From: a virus
Taxonomy: Duplodnaviria; Caudoviricetes
Strand: one strand, 5' to 3'
IMG/VR virus record: IMGVR_UViG_3300021964_007473
Coordinates: 1-58,919 of that record
Length of the DNA stretch: 58,919 nucleotides
Each line of letters opens with the position of its first letter. Position 1 is the first letter of the stretch. Below, piece by piece: positions 1 through 8,142 of this stretch. Both the position numbers and the translations under genes were made by a program. Under the pieces are notes generated by a model. The model was not told the origin of the DNA. It saw only the letters and a list, made by a program, of their open reading frames with translations, and did no database searches.

Positions 1-792
1 CACGTGGTGCCGGTAAAGCAGCGACGTGAATTGATTCACCGCCTGTACGTGGCCGGATTTGACAACATCGAAGAGGTCAGTTTTCCAAACCCCAAACTGC
101 TGCCGCAGATGGCGGACGGTGAGGAAGTGTTCAGCGGGCGTGGCTCGGCGTTGGTCATGAACGCACGTGGCATGCAGCGGGCCAAAGCCTGCGGAGTGGA
201 AAAAATCAATGTGGTATTTTCGCCGTGCGAGACGTTCAACATCAACAACATGCGTGCCACACGCGATGAAATTGTGTTGCGCTACCGCACATTCATGCAA
301 GACGTGCCCAAGGAAAACGTGCGCGTGTACCTCTCAATGGCGTTTGGTAGCCCGGATAGTGGGCTTGTCAGCGAAAACACCATGCGCTCATGCCTGCGTG
401 ACGCCAAAATGTTTGGCAACACCGTGGTCTTTGCCGACACCGTGGGTGCGGCTGCACCGCATGAACTGCCGTGGATGGTAAAAATGGCCCGCGATGAGGG
501 GCTAAACGTCGCGTTGCACCTGCACCACCGCGACAAGGAAGAGCGTGCGCTTATGTTGGTGCGCAAAGCGTTGCTTGAGGGCGTGACCGAGTTCGATAGC
601 AGCATTGGCGGGCTTGGTGGTTGCCCGTTTGCCAAGGGCAGCGGGGCCAACCTGTCAACTGAAACGCTTGTGAATCATTTACACGCATGGGGCTTCAAAA
701 CCGGCATAGATACCGGATTACTGCGCTCAGCAAGCGACTTAGCGTACGGAATACGGAACCCTCAACCGGAAGTCTGCGCTACGCATTGTTGA
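1..792 (+). CDS. Hydroxymethylglutaryl-CoA lyase-like DRE-TIM metallolyase (5'-truncated)
   Basis: Contains FADTVG, the LHLH metal motif and FDSSIGGLGGCPFAKGSGANLSTE, matching the HMG-CoA lyase D-S-S-x-x-G-L-G-G-C-P-[YF]-A signature. The frame is open to base 1, so the N-terminal DRE motif lies outside the window. Confidence 0.85.
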   Translation, partial: HVVPVKQRRELIHRLYVAGFDNIEEVSFPNPKLLPQMADGEEVFSGRGSALVMNARGMQRAKACGVEKINVVFSPCETFNINNMRATRDEIVLRYRTFMQDVPKENVRVYLSMAFGSPDSGLVSENTMRSCLRDAKMFGNTVVFADTVGAAAPHELPWMVKMARDEGLNVALHLHHRDKEERALMLVRKALLEGVTEFDSSIGGLGGCPFAKGSGANLSTETLVNHLHAWGFKTGIDTGLLRSASDLAYGIRNPQPEVCATHC

Positions 793-817
793 AAACCTAT
801 GACCTTCTGCGACAAGT

Positions 818-1846
818 ATGCTCAAGATGCCGATTGTGGCAGCAGCCGCTCCGCTTGTTGCGGGTGGAAGTAGCGCGGCTACCGGTGCTGCTGCTACCGG
901 TGCTGCTGCGGGCGCGACAGGATTAGCAGGTAAAGCCGCTACCGCTGCTGCAAGCCCGCAGGGTCAAGCCGCGATTGGTGCGACAACATCAGGCCTTGGT
1001 GCAATGATGGGCGGTGAAAAGCGCAAGGACCAACAGATTGCTGATGCGCAGCAGGCTGCTGAGCGGGCCAAGCAAGGTGCTGAGATTCAGACCGGCGAGC
1101 CAATGGACCTCGCATGGGATTTTTTGGCGTTGCTGAAAGCCCGACGGCACAATCAGCAGAAGGCCAAGGAAAAGCGGTACAAGCAGCAAGGCATGGTCAA
1201 GCCCATCGCTTCAACCATCAAGAAACCCGTGCAGGCCAAGAAGGACTACGAGCGCGAGTTTGAGATGATGGGCCGTGTCAAAGACGGTCCAAAGGACAAG
1301 AAAAACTTCCGCGAAGAAGAGCAGACCGACGAAGAGCGGCAAGCCGAGCGGGAAGTCAAGCAAAACATCGCTGCAACCAAGTTCAGCGGCCCAACCGTGC
1401 TGAGCAACGAAGAGCAGCGCGGCATGGGTGAGGCCATTGAAATGCAGCGGCAGCGGCTTGCTCAAGAGGCTGCACAAGTGCGCTCAGAAGCAGGTAGGCG
1501 TGCCCACGAAACAAGGTTGCTCAACGAGCAAAAGCGACAGGCGCAGGAAGAAGGCGACAAGCAGCGTGCCATGCGTAGCCTGCAAGGTCAGCCTCGACCG
1601 AGCGACCTGACCATTGAATCGCAGCCTCTTGTGCCCGGACACGATTACTTGGGACAGACGCACACCATTTCGTGCCCCGATACCGGTGAAGTCTTTTTGG
1701 AAAACAAGCAGATTGCAAACCCTCAGACCCACCCTTCCGTCCTTCAGCGTCAGTACGAACAACGTGTGTGGGACGAGATGAACGGTGCCGTGCAAACGGG
1801 GCACCCAATGGACCTCGCATGGCGCATGCTCAAGATGCTGAGGTGA
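818..1846 (+). CDS. Low-complexity/charged protein carrying two PMDLAWxxLK tags (putative internal head protein)
   Basis: Ala/Gly-rich N-terminus and charged coiled-coil middle. QTGEPMDLAWDFLALLKA at ~1088-1140 and QTGHPMDLAWRMLK at ~1793-1834. Confidence 0.7.
   Translation: MLKMPIVAAAAPLVAGGSSAATGAAATGAAAGATGLAGKAATAAASPQGQAAIGATTSGLGAMMGGEKRKDQQIADAQQAAERAKQGAEIQTGEPMDLAWDFLALLKARRHNQQKAKEKRYKQQGMVKPIASTIKKPVQAKKDYEREFEMMGRVKDGPKDKKNFREEEQTDEERQAEREVKQNIAATKFSGPTVLSNEEQRGMGEAIEMQRQRLAQEAAQVRSEAGRRAHETRLLNEQKRQAQEEGDKQRAMRSLQGQPRPSDLTIESQPLVPGHDYLGQTHTISCPDTGEVFLENKQIANPQTHPSVLQRQYEQRVWDEMNGAVQTGHPMDLAWRMLKMLR
878..907 (+). repeat. 15-bp coding tandem repeat x2 (GCTACCGGTGCTGCT; ATGAA)
   Basis: Read directly from the sequence. 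Confidence 0.9.
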
Positions 1847-1850
1847 AGTA

Positions 1851-3149
1851 TTGGACCCAATGGAGTCGGCATGGCGTTTGCTGAAGCGGCAAACGACCCT
1901 TACCGGCGACTTTGGGTTTCCTGAAAATCCACGCAACAGGTACAGGGGTGAGTACTTAGGCCCCATTCATGTTCCTACTGAATCACTTGAGATTCCGACC
2001 ATGGAAGAAGTGTACAACCAACCGCTTGACCCAAATTACACTCGACGTGATTTTCCGTTTGAATATGGAAACACCATTAAAGACATTCGTAACATTGCTG
2101 AGGCGAATGCTCAGGCTGATTTTGACCCAAACAGTACGCTTTGGGAAGCCGGTAGGCCAAGCCCGCCCAACGTGCGTTTTACCACGCAGATGACGCTACC
2201 GCAAATGATGCCGGGTTTAACCACCGAGCGGTGGCTTGACCCGCAGACCAACACCGTGATTCCCGGCTCTATTCCGCCCATCAACGCCTACCGTTACACA
2301 GGAGACATTGCACCGCGTGTCATGACCACGCCCGGTGGACAACTCATTCCGATGAGTGGACGAGAATATAGCGGTTCGTATGAGGAAGGTCAACGAAATC
2401 CTTTGCCGTACAAATATCGCTCGGAACATGGTATGCCCATGCAATTTTCTGCCCCGCCGTACGCACAAGAGATGCGTGGGATTAGTGCTGAAAATAGGCA
2501 CAATCTCTTTGGTATTCGCGGGCTTGGGCATTATCCTGAAGATTTAGTGCAAGAACGACCTCGGCACGGAGGGGGTGAAACTGCTGAATACGTTGCAATG
2601 ACACCCATTGACCGCACCCGTTTGACACCTATGCGTGCAAGTCATACACGGGAAAGCAACGAGCCTGATGCGACAAATTGGGAATTAAAATTGGATGATA
2701 GAGATTGGTTGATGAATCAAATGGAACCAAGAATGATTGAAGACAGGCTACGAAATCCAAATCCGCTTGATAGGTTGAATAACCCTTGGGATGATTACAA
2801 AGTCACCCCACATGAAGCCGCATGGCGAGAGTACGTTTCGCAATTTCCAATTTCAGCCATTCATCCTGCACTTGAAGGAGCGTACGACAGGGAAGGATTT
2901 CCCCTCCAACCCGGAGGTCGAGAAATGACCACCGAAGAAAAACTTGAATTGATTGATTACATGCGTGAACAGAAAGGCGGGCAAAAAACAATTCTGCCTC
3001 CCGGTCAATTGGTAACAGGCGAAATAAGTAGCAAAAGTCCACTTGGACTTATGAGGTACGGCTCGTTCCAACAAGGTTTAGACAAGTTGCCTCCTGAGAT
3101 GAAACAGTCCGCGATTGAGGCACTCAAGTACTACCGGCGTTCGTATTGA
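1851..3149 (+). CDS. Tagged protein (N-terminal DPMESAWRLLK) with possible ADP-ribosyltransferase-like domain
   Basis: TTG start after GAGGTGA. The body is more AT-rich than the core genes. Motif order AYRY...QFS...LFGI...AEYVAMTPIDRTRL resembles the R-S-E ART strands (weak). Confidence 0.6.
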   Translation: MDPMESAWRLLKRQTTLTGDFGFPENPRNRYRGEYLGPIHVPTESLEIPTMEEVYNQPLDPNYTRRDFPFEYGNTIKDIRNIAEANAQADFDPNSTLWEAGRPSPPNVRFTTQMTLPQMMPGLTTERWLDPQTNTVIPGSIPPINAYRYTGDIAPRVMTTPGGQLIPMSGREYSGSYEEGQRNPLPYKYRSEHGMPMQFSAPPYAQEMRGISAENRHNLFGIRGLGHYPEDLVQERPRHGGGETAEYVAMTPIDRTRLTPMRASHTRESNEPDATNWELKLDDRDWLMNQMEPRMIEDRLRNPNPLDRLNNPWDDYKVTPHEAAWREYVSQFPISAIHPALEGAYDREGFPLQPGGREMTTEEKLELIDYMREQKGGQKTILPPGQLVTGEISSKSPLGLMRYGSFQQGLDKLPPEMKQSAIEALKYYRRSY

Positions 3150-3159
3150 TGGTGATTTC

Positions 3160-4371
3160 ATGCCTACTTTTAGTGAACGTCTTGCTGAATCAGCACAGAC
3201 ACCACTTACCCCTCAGGAACACATTGACCGTTTGAACGCACTTATCGAGGCTACGGTAAATCAAAATAAATACTCGTTGAAACCGGAAGACGGAATGTAC
3301 GAAGATAGAAACGGTCAAAAAATACCAATGGAAGATGTTGCAGCCATTTTTGACCCTTTGGTGACCACGCCGGAAAGTGAAACGGTACTTCCATCGCAGC
3401 AAGCACTTCGTGAACATACTCAAGCGATGAAAAATTGGCGTGCTACGCTTGATGCTTTGCAAAACGCAGATTACAGTTCAGATGTAGCCCAAAGAGAATC
3501 TGAATTGCGAGACTCAAACAAAACACAATACCGTGATGCATTGCTACAAGCGTTACAGAATCTCTCGTCTAAACACCTTGGTGGAGAAATGGCGCAAGAA
3601 GTAACGAGACAACTTCCTTATCACAATAGTCTTGCAACTCCGTATGATGCTCACGGTGCATATAGTACACCGCTTGCTGCTTTGAACCGCGTTTCACGTA
3701 GGATTCTTACAAGTAATTTGATGCCTGCTTTAGTTGGAAGACCTTCAATGTCCTTGCCAACAGTAAAAGATAATGAATTGAAGGATTTGTTGCACAATTT
3801 GAGGCGAAAAACCGGAGTAAGCGGTACCGACATGTCATTTAGGGCACCTCACCCCCCACCGCAGGACGAACTTCAACAGATTTTGCAGTATGCGCGTGAC
3901 CCTACCGCTCCTGCGCAAGAGCAGGCTAACCTCAGCACGGCAAACATGTACGACGTTCATCCTATGCATTACGACCAATTCACCCAACTTGTGCAGGGCG
4001 GTATGCATCCTGCCATGGCTGCAAAGCAAGTGGGTCAGGGCTTTGACATGTCGCAACCGCAGTTTGGCGACATTCAGATGAGCGCAAGTCCGATGGACTT
4101 GGCCTTCCGTCTGCTCAAGGAGCGCAAGTCGCCTGAAGCCATGCGGCACAAGTTGGAATACGACAAGGAGTACGAATCTTCCCCTGAGCGCGTCAAGTAC
4201 CGTGAAGAACTGAACCGCGAGCGTCGTCGCCGTGGAATCTATGGAAGTCACGACCACAAAGACGTGAGCCACACCCAAGGTAACAAACTGACCCTTGAAA
4301 GTGAACACGACAACCGTGCCCGCCATTTCAAGAATCGTGGTACGTTGAGGCAGATTGACGAAATGGAGTAG
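3160..4371 (+). CDS. Tagged protein with AT-rich N-terminal domain and C-terminal HNH-like basic domain
   Basis: ATG at 3160 after GGTGA. SPMDLAFRLLK at ~4087-4119 is followed by YREELNRERRRRGIYG...DVSH...ESEHDNRARH, which resembles small phage HNH-type (beta-beta-alpha-Me) domains. Confidence 0.6.
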   Translation: MPTFSERLAESAQTPLTPQEHIDRLNALIEATVNQNKYSLKPEDGMYEDRNGQKIPMEDVAAIFDPLVTTPESETVLPSQQALREHTQAMKNWRATLDALQNADYSSDVAQRESELRDSNKTQYRDALLQALQNLSSKHLGGEMAQEVTRQLPYHNSLATPYDAHGAYSTPLAALNRVSRRILTSNLMPALVGRPSMSLPTVKDNELKDLLHNLRRKTGVSGTDMSFRAPHPPPQDELQQILQYARDPTAPAQEQANLSTANMYDVHPMHYDQFTQLVQGGMHPAMAAKQVGQGFDMSQPQFGDIQMSASPMDLAFRLLKERKSPEAMRHKLEYDKEYESSPERVKYREELNRERRRRGIYGSHDHKDVSHTQGNKLTLESEHDNRARHFKNRGTLRQIDEME

Positions 4372-4546
4372 TCACTTTTCTCACTTTTGTCATTCACTTA
4401 GTCACGATTTTGACATGTTTGGAATACTCACTATTCCATAGGTACTACTCTCTCTAATAGTATAGAGAGTAAGACTACTGAAAAAGTGAGTAACCCGGAA
4501 TTGTCATTTTGGTGAAGTAGTGAATGAGAAAAGTGAGGTAGTGGAC
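4371..4546. repeat. Long imperfect in-register inverted repeat (dyad centre 4458/4459)
   Basis: Paired arms: 4380-4398/4519-4537 (18 of 19 bp), 4402-4405/4512-4515, 4411-4415/4502-4506, 4425-4432/4485-4492 and 4446-4453/4464-4471. All pairs sum to 8917. Confidence 0.9.
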
Positions 4547-4547
4547 A

Positions 4548-4562
4548 CAAGCCTTAAGATGA
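4548..4562 (+). promoter_or_regulatory. Putative archaeal TATA-box promoter for the 4590 operon
   Basis: CCTTAAGA lies ~30 nt upstream of ATG 4590, which has no SD, consistent with a leaderless transcript. Confidence 0.45.
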
Positions 4563-4589
4563 CCACTCTTGTGACCAAGCCTGAGCAGC

Positions 4590-5153
4590 ATGTCTTCTAT
4601 GCCTCAGTCCAACGAAGCCGAGATTCGTCTGATGGGCCTGATTATCTCGCAGTCAGCCCTTGTCGGACTTGCCATTGGCCTGTTTGATGCAGGTATGTGG
4701 CTCAACAATGACGATTCGTGGGTGAACGGTTTCACCTACGCCATGGCCGCATTCTTCGTGCAGGGTGTTGCCTACTACGTGTTCAAGATGTTCTTTGAGC
4801 AGAACATGCAGGAACGTGTTGCGGCAACCAACATGGAGCGTGAGCGGCAGTACCGTTTCCGCAGCATGCAGAACACTTTCGACAACCGACGCGCTGAGAT
4901 GGAACTGCGAATGCAGGAAGCCCAACTTGAGCGCGAACTGCGGTGGATGGAAGCCAACCCCGGTCAAATGCCTCCAAGTTGGGGCGTTCAGGGAGGCGCA
5001 CCGTCGTTGGTGTCTCAGTATGACATGTCTCAAATGTCAGGCGCACCCAAGCATGCTGCTGAAGTCAACCAACCTGTCAACCTCGGCGTCAAGGAAGACG
5101 TGCCGCTGAAGAAGGACGGCACGCCTGACAAGCGGTACAAGAACGACGAGTGA
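4590..5153 (+). CDS. Membrane protein (2 TM) with coiled coil and C-terminal KKDGTPDKRY motif
   Basis: Two hydrophobic segments (LMGLIISQSALVGLAIGLF; GFTYAMAAFFVQGVAYYVF) followed by an E/R/Q-rich helix. Confidence 0.75.
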   Translation: MSSMPQSNEAEIRLMGLIISQSALVGLAIGLFDAGMWLNNDDSWVNGFTYAMAAFFVQGVAYYVFKMFFEQNMQERVAATNMERERQYRFRSMQNTFDNRRAEMELRMQEAQLERELRWMEANPGQMPPSWGVQGGAPSLVSQYDMSQMSGAPKHAAEVNQPVNLGVKEDVPLKKDGTPDKRYKNDE

Positions 5154-5416
5154 ACATGGGTCGAATCTTCAAGACGCCCGTGGATGATTCCACGGAAGCC
5201 ACCTTGAGGGCGATGCACACGCAAAACACCCTTGATACGTACTACGAAAAGGGGCTTGGTTGGGTTCGTACACTTGTGTTCAGCGGCATTGCCGTGTTGC
5301 TGACGAGTCTGTACGAATTGAGAACTGACCGCAGCGTGTGGGAAGGTACCGTCAAGTGGTTTTGGCTCAAGATGGGCGATTTGGCTGCTTGGCTAACGGG
5401 GTGGGTCAATGGTTGA
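5150..5416 (+). CDS. Small membrane protein
   Basis: Hydrophobic segment LVFSGIAVLLTSLY and a Trp-rich amphipathic C-terminus. Translationally coupled to its neighbours. Confidence 0.7.
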   Translation: MNMGRIFKTPVDDSTEATLRAMHTQNTLDTYYEKGLGWVRTLVFSGIAVLLTSLYELRTDRSVWEGTVKWFWLKMGDLAAWLTGWVNG

Positions 5417-6125
5417 GCCTGCGGGTACCGCCTTGGTCGGTGCAATGGTGTGGGGTAAGACCCTGTACAACTCTTGGAGGCCGCGCAAAGTCGGCATTTA
5501 CGGTGCAGGGCTGACCGGAAAGACCACCCTTGACCGCTACATGACCACTCCGGGTGAGATGGAAGAGATTCCTGAAGAAGAACGGACCGAACATAGCAAG
5601 ATTCTCGGTCGCTACCTGCTTCCAAAGCCTTCTCGCAAGCGCGTGAGTTGGGAAGGCGAGAAGCGTGTCGTGTTTTCTGCCGATATTGGCGGCCAAGAGC
5701 GGTTTTGGAACCTGTGGATTGATGATATGGTGTCTCGACAAGTCCGTGCAGTTGTCTATCTGTTCGATGACCGAGCAATCAAGGGTGGAAACGACGCAAT
5801 TCAGCAAATTGCAGGATTTCGCTTTCTTGTTGACGCAATTACGGGTCGAAATTACCGGTATCGGACCCTTAAGAGCCGATGGAAGGGTAAATCGTACGCT
5901 CCAAGCCTGATTATGCTTGTTGCAAACAAGGCTGACCGGTATTTTGACGATACTGCGGCCAAATTGTACGCTGAAGGGCGGATTGGGGAGCATCCCATCT
6001 TCGACCCCTTCCGAGATGACCTCATTCGCTTGCAAAAAGCGGGTATTCCAACCCGCAGGTCGTTTATGGCAACCCGAATTGGATGGAACGTGGAACCAAC
6101 GATGGTCAACCTGTTGACGGTGTGA
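5409..6125 (+). CDS. Ras-superfamily (Arf/Rab-like) small GTPase
   Basis: G1 GAGLTGKTT, G3 DIGGQERFWNLW, G4 VANKAD and G5-like MATRIGWNV. Hydrophobic N-terminal segment. Confidence 0.9.
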   Translation: MVEPAGTALVGAMVWGKTLYNSWRPRKVGIYGAGLTGKTTLDRYMTTPGEMEEIPEEERTEHSKILGRYLLPKPSRKRVSWEGEKRVVFSADIGGQERFWNLWIDDMVSRQVRAVVYLFDDRAIKGGNDAIQQIAGFRFLVDAITGRNYRYRTLKSRWKGKSYAPSLIMLVANKADRYFDDTAAKLYAEGRIGEHPIFDPFRDDLIRLQKAGIPTRRSFMATRIGWNVEPTMVNLLTV

Positions 6126-6130
6126 GAAAC

Positions 6131-6304
6131 ATGGATAAAACGAAAGTAGCGTCGGTCGGCTCGGCAAGTCAGTCCCTTCGGACTGTGATTCCGTTGTGGA
6201 TTGCCAAGTTGATGCGATTGAAGAAGGGTAGCATCGTTGAATGGAACGTCATTCGTGAGGAAGACACGTATTCGGCGCACATGCGGGTGGTGGAGGAAGA
6301 ATGA
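6131..6304 (+). CDS. AbrB/MazE/SpoVT-family DNA-binding protein
   Basis: TKVASVGSASQSLRTVIPLWIAKLMRLKKGSIVEW matches the archaeal AbrB pattern S-L-R-x-x-I-P-x-x-I-x(3)-[LM]-x-L-x-x-G-x-x-[VL]-x-W. Confidence 0.85.
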   Translation: MDKTKVASVGSASQSLRTVIPLWIAKLMRLKKGSIVEWNVIREEDTYSAHMRVVEEE

Positions 6305-7233
6305 TTCCGTTTCGTGGTCAAGCACCGCAGCAAAACCTCGGTGACCTCAACGTAGCAAGCGTGTACGCACTTTCGCAGCAAGGTAACTCGATGCTGACCC
6401 ACGAAGCGTTGATGGCACAGGCTACGGCTCAAGCAGCCATGCAGGAAGTTGCTGCCGGGGCCAACCTGCAAGTGCCCAAGGTCAACTTCTATCCAAGCCG
6501 TCACCCTGACCCCGTGAAGGCTCGCCGTAAGGACATTCGACAGGCATACCGTCTGCTGACACCGACCAAGCGACACCTGCTCAACCCTGTGCGTACGCTC
6601 TTGGGTCGCAAGTACCGCTACGACAAGCAAGCCCACGTCTGCGTCATTGACGGCTGCGATTGTGCCGCGCTTATCCAAGTGGACAACCTGTACGACAAAA
6701 TTACGGACGATGAAACCGGGGTAAGTCTGTGGGAGTACTATTGGAAAAATCCCGTCACCGGACAGGCTGAAGCCTTTGTTGCCAAAGACAAGGTGACGAG
6801 CGGTCGCAAGATGCGAGGTACCTACTGCCCTGAGCATCTTCACTTGTACCACCTGCTTTGCAAGTGGGAGGCTGAGGAAGACAAGGTGAGCGAGGCCAAC
6901 CCTCGTCGTCTGCGTGACCGTATGAAGAAGGGCGTTTCGATGGTGACCGTTCCTGTGGCTGCGGTCAAGGCCAAGGACCCCACGCCGTCCTTCTTGCAGA
7001 AGTACGAGCCGTTCTTCGCTGAGTTGGAAAAGGATAGCAAGAAGACAAAGGGCATTTCCATCATGTACTACGAAAACCCGGCTACGGGGCTGAACGATGT
7101 GACGATGATTGCCTTTGACCTGCGGATTTTCCAACAGGAGTTGGCAATGGCAAATCAACCCACCGCCGCCTTCCAATCCATGCTCAGCGGTGAAAACCCT
7201 CATGAGCAACAGACGCTTCCGGTGGTTGAGTGA
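6301..7233 (+). CDS. Hypothetical protein with Cys/His metal-binding motifs
   Basis: CVIDGCDC...YCPEH. Coupled to the AbrB gene and uses core codon style. Confidence 0.7.
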   Translation: MIPFRGQAPQQNLGDLNVASVYALSQQGNSMLTHEALMAQATAQAAMQEVAAGANLQVPKVNFYPSRHPDPVKARRKDIRQAYRLLTPTKRHLLNPVRTLLGRKYRYDKQAHVCVIDGCDCAALIQVDNLYDKITDDETGVSLWEYYWKNPVTGQAEAFVAKDKVTSGRKMRGTYCPEHLHLYHLLCKWEAEEDKVSEANPRRLRDRMKKGVSMVTVPVAAVKAKDPTPSFLQKYEPFFAELEKDSKKTKGISIMYYENPATGLNDVTMIAFDLRIFQQELAMANQPTAAFQSMLSGENPHEQQTLPVVE

Positions 7234-7234
7234 C

Positions 7235-7861
7235 ATGCTTGGTTTGAACAGTCAGCAGCCACAATCACAGGGCGGTTCGTTGAGTCTCGGGGTGACCGGT
7301 TGGGGTCAACCGGCTCCTGCTCAACAGAATCCTTGGCCTCAACAAGCATGGGGTCAACAACCTCAGCAGATGGGGGCCATGGGAGCCTTTACTGCCGGTG
7401 CCGGTGTACCTCAGCAGCCGGTGGCCCCGCCAAGCGAACTTGAAATGCAGATTATGCTGCTTCGCGGTATCGTTCCGGTGGACCGATTCATCGCAAGCCC
7501 ACAGATGGGGGTCTTGGTTGAGATGTTCAACAACATTGTTTCCTTCTCGGTGTTGGAGATTCTCAAGAACGCGGTGTTTGTGGCTGACGAAGATGGCAAC
7601 CTCAAAATGGAAGTCACTTCCTTGCCGCAGCATTTGCAGACCATGAGTGCTGAAAACGTCAAGGCTGACTTCACCGCCTTGCAGTCTGCTGCGCAGCAGA
7701 ACATTCAGAACGCTGAAGGGCAGCAAATGCAACTCAACAACATGGCGAGTCAGTCTATGATGAACTCAGCCTTGGCTGCTGCAATGGACCAAGGTGTGAT
7801 GGAGAAGGCGGGTGGCTTCATTGGCAACACCGCTCGCTCATTCATTACCGGGGGACGATGA
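7235..7861 (+). CDS. Gln/Pro/Met-rich hypothetical protein
   Basis: ATG 7235 immediately follows the previous stop. Low-complexity N-terminus and helical C-terminus. Confidence 0.7.
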   Translation: MLGLNSQQPQSQGGSLSLGVTGWGQPAPAQQNPWPQQAWGQQPQQMGAMGAFTAGAGVPQQPVAPPSELEMQIMLLRGIVPVDRFIASPQMGVLVEMFNNIVSFSVLEILKNAVFVADEDGNLKMEVTSLPQHLQTMSAENVKADFTALQSAAQQNIQNAEGQQMQLNNMASQSMMNSALAAAMDQGVMEKAGGFIGNTARSFITGGR

Positions 7862-7862
7862 T

Positions 7863-8105
7863 ATGCAAGACAAATCGTACATGCCACGTGGTATTGCCAC
7901 GACCACCCTTGACGTGTTGAACCCTGAGCGCAGCGTCATCGTTGACATGATTATGGTGCAGTTTCTCTCGGCCATCCTTGTCCTTGTGGCTATTATTTTG
8001 TTCAAAGGCAACGAACTGCCTGCATCCTCCATGTCCTACTACGTGGTCGGATTGTTTGGTAGCGTCCTTGCGTTGACCGGTGTGTACGCCCGCATCGTTC
8101 GATGA
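7863..8105 (+). CDS. Small 2-TM membrane protein (holin-like size)
   Basis: IMVQFLSAILVLVAIILF and YYVVGLFGSVLALTGVYA, with a basic C-terminus. Confidence 0.7.
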   Translation: MQDKSYMPRGIATTTLDVLNPERSVIVDMIMVQFLSAILVLVAIILFKGNELPASSMSYYVVGLFGSVLALTGVYARIVR

Positions 8106-8142
8106 CGGAATGCTTTTGAAAGAAATGCCACCAAACAAAAAT

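Noticed and set aside
1-817. Provirus boundary after the HMG-CoA lyase gene
   Set aside because: No integrase, att repeat or tRNA is visible, and the gene is co-oriented and shows the same 4-mer avoidance. It cannot be fully excluded without upstream sequence.
1100-1822. Identical 18-mer CCAATGGACCTCGCATGG as a CRISPR repeat, att site or DNA regulatory element
   Set aside because: Only two exact copies, 705 bp apart, both in frame. Other copies vary at synonymous positions, so it is a peptide motif.
4371-4546. tRNA or simple intrinsic terminator in the intergenic gap
   Set aside because: No cloverleaf or T-loop consensus. The symmetry spans ~160 bp with mismatched spacers, unlike a short GC stem plus U-tract.
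6169-7236. Long minus-strand ORFs (355 aa here; also 12956-13858, 15912-16799, 42962-43852 and others)
   Set aside because: All overlap well-supported plus-strand genes and show the V/L/H-rich composition typical of shadow frames.
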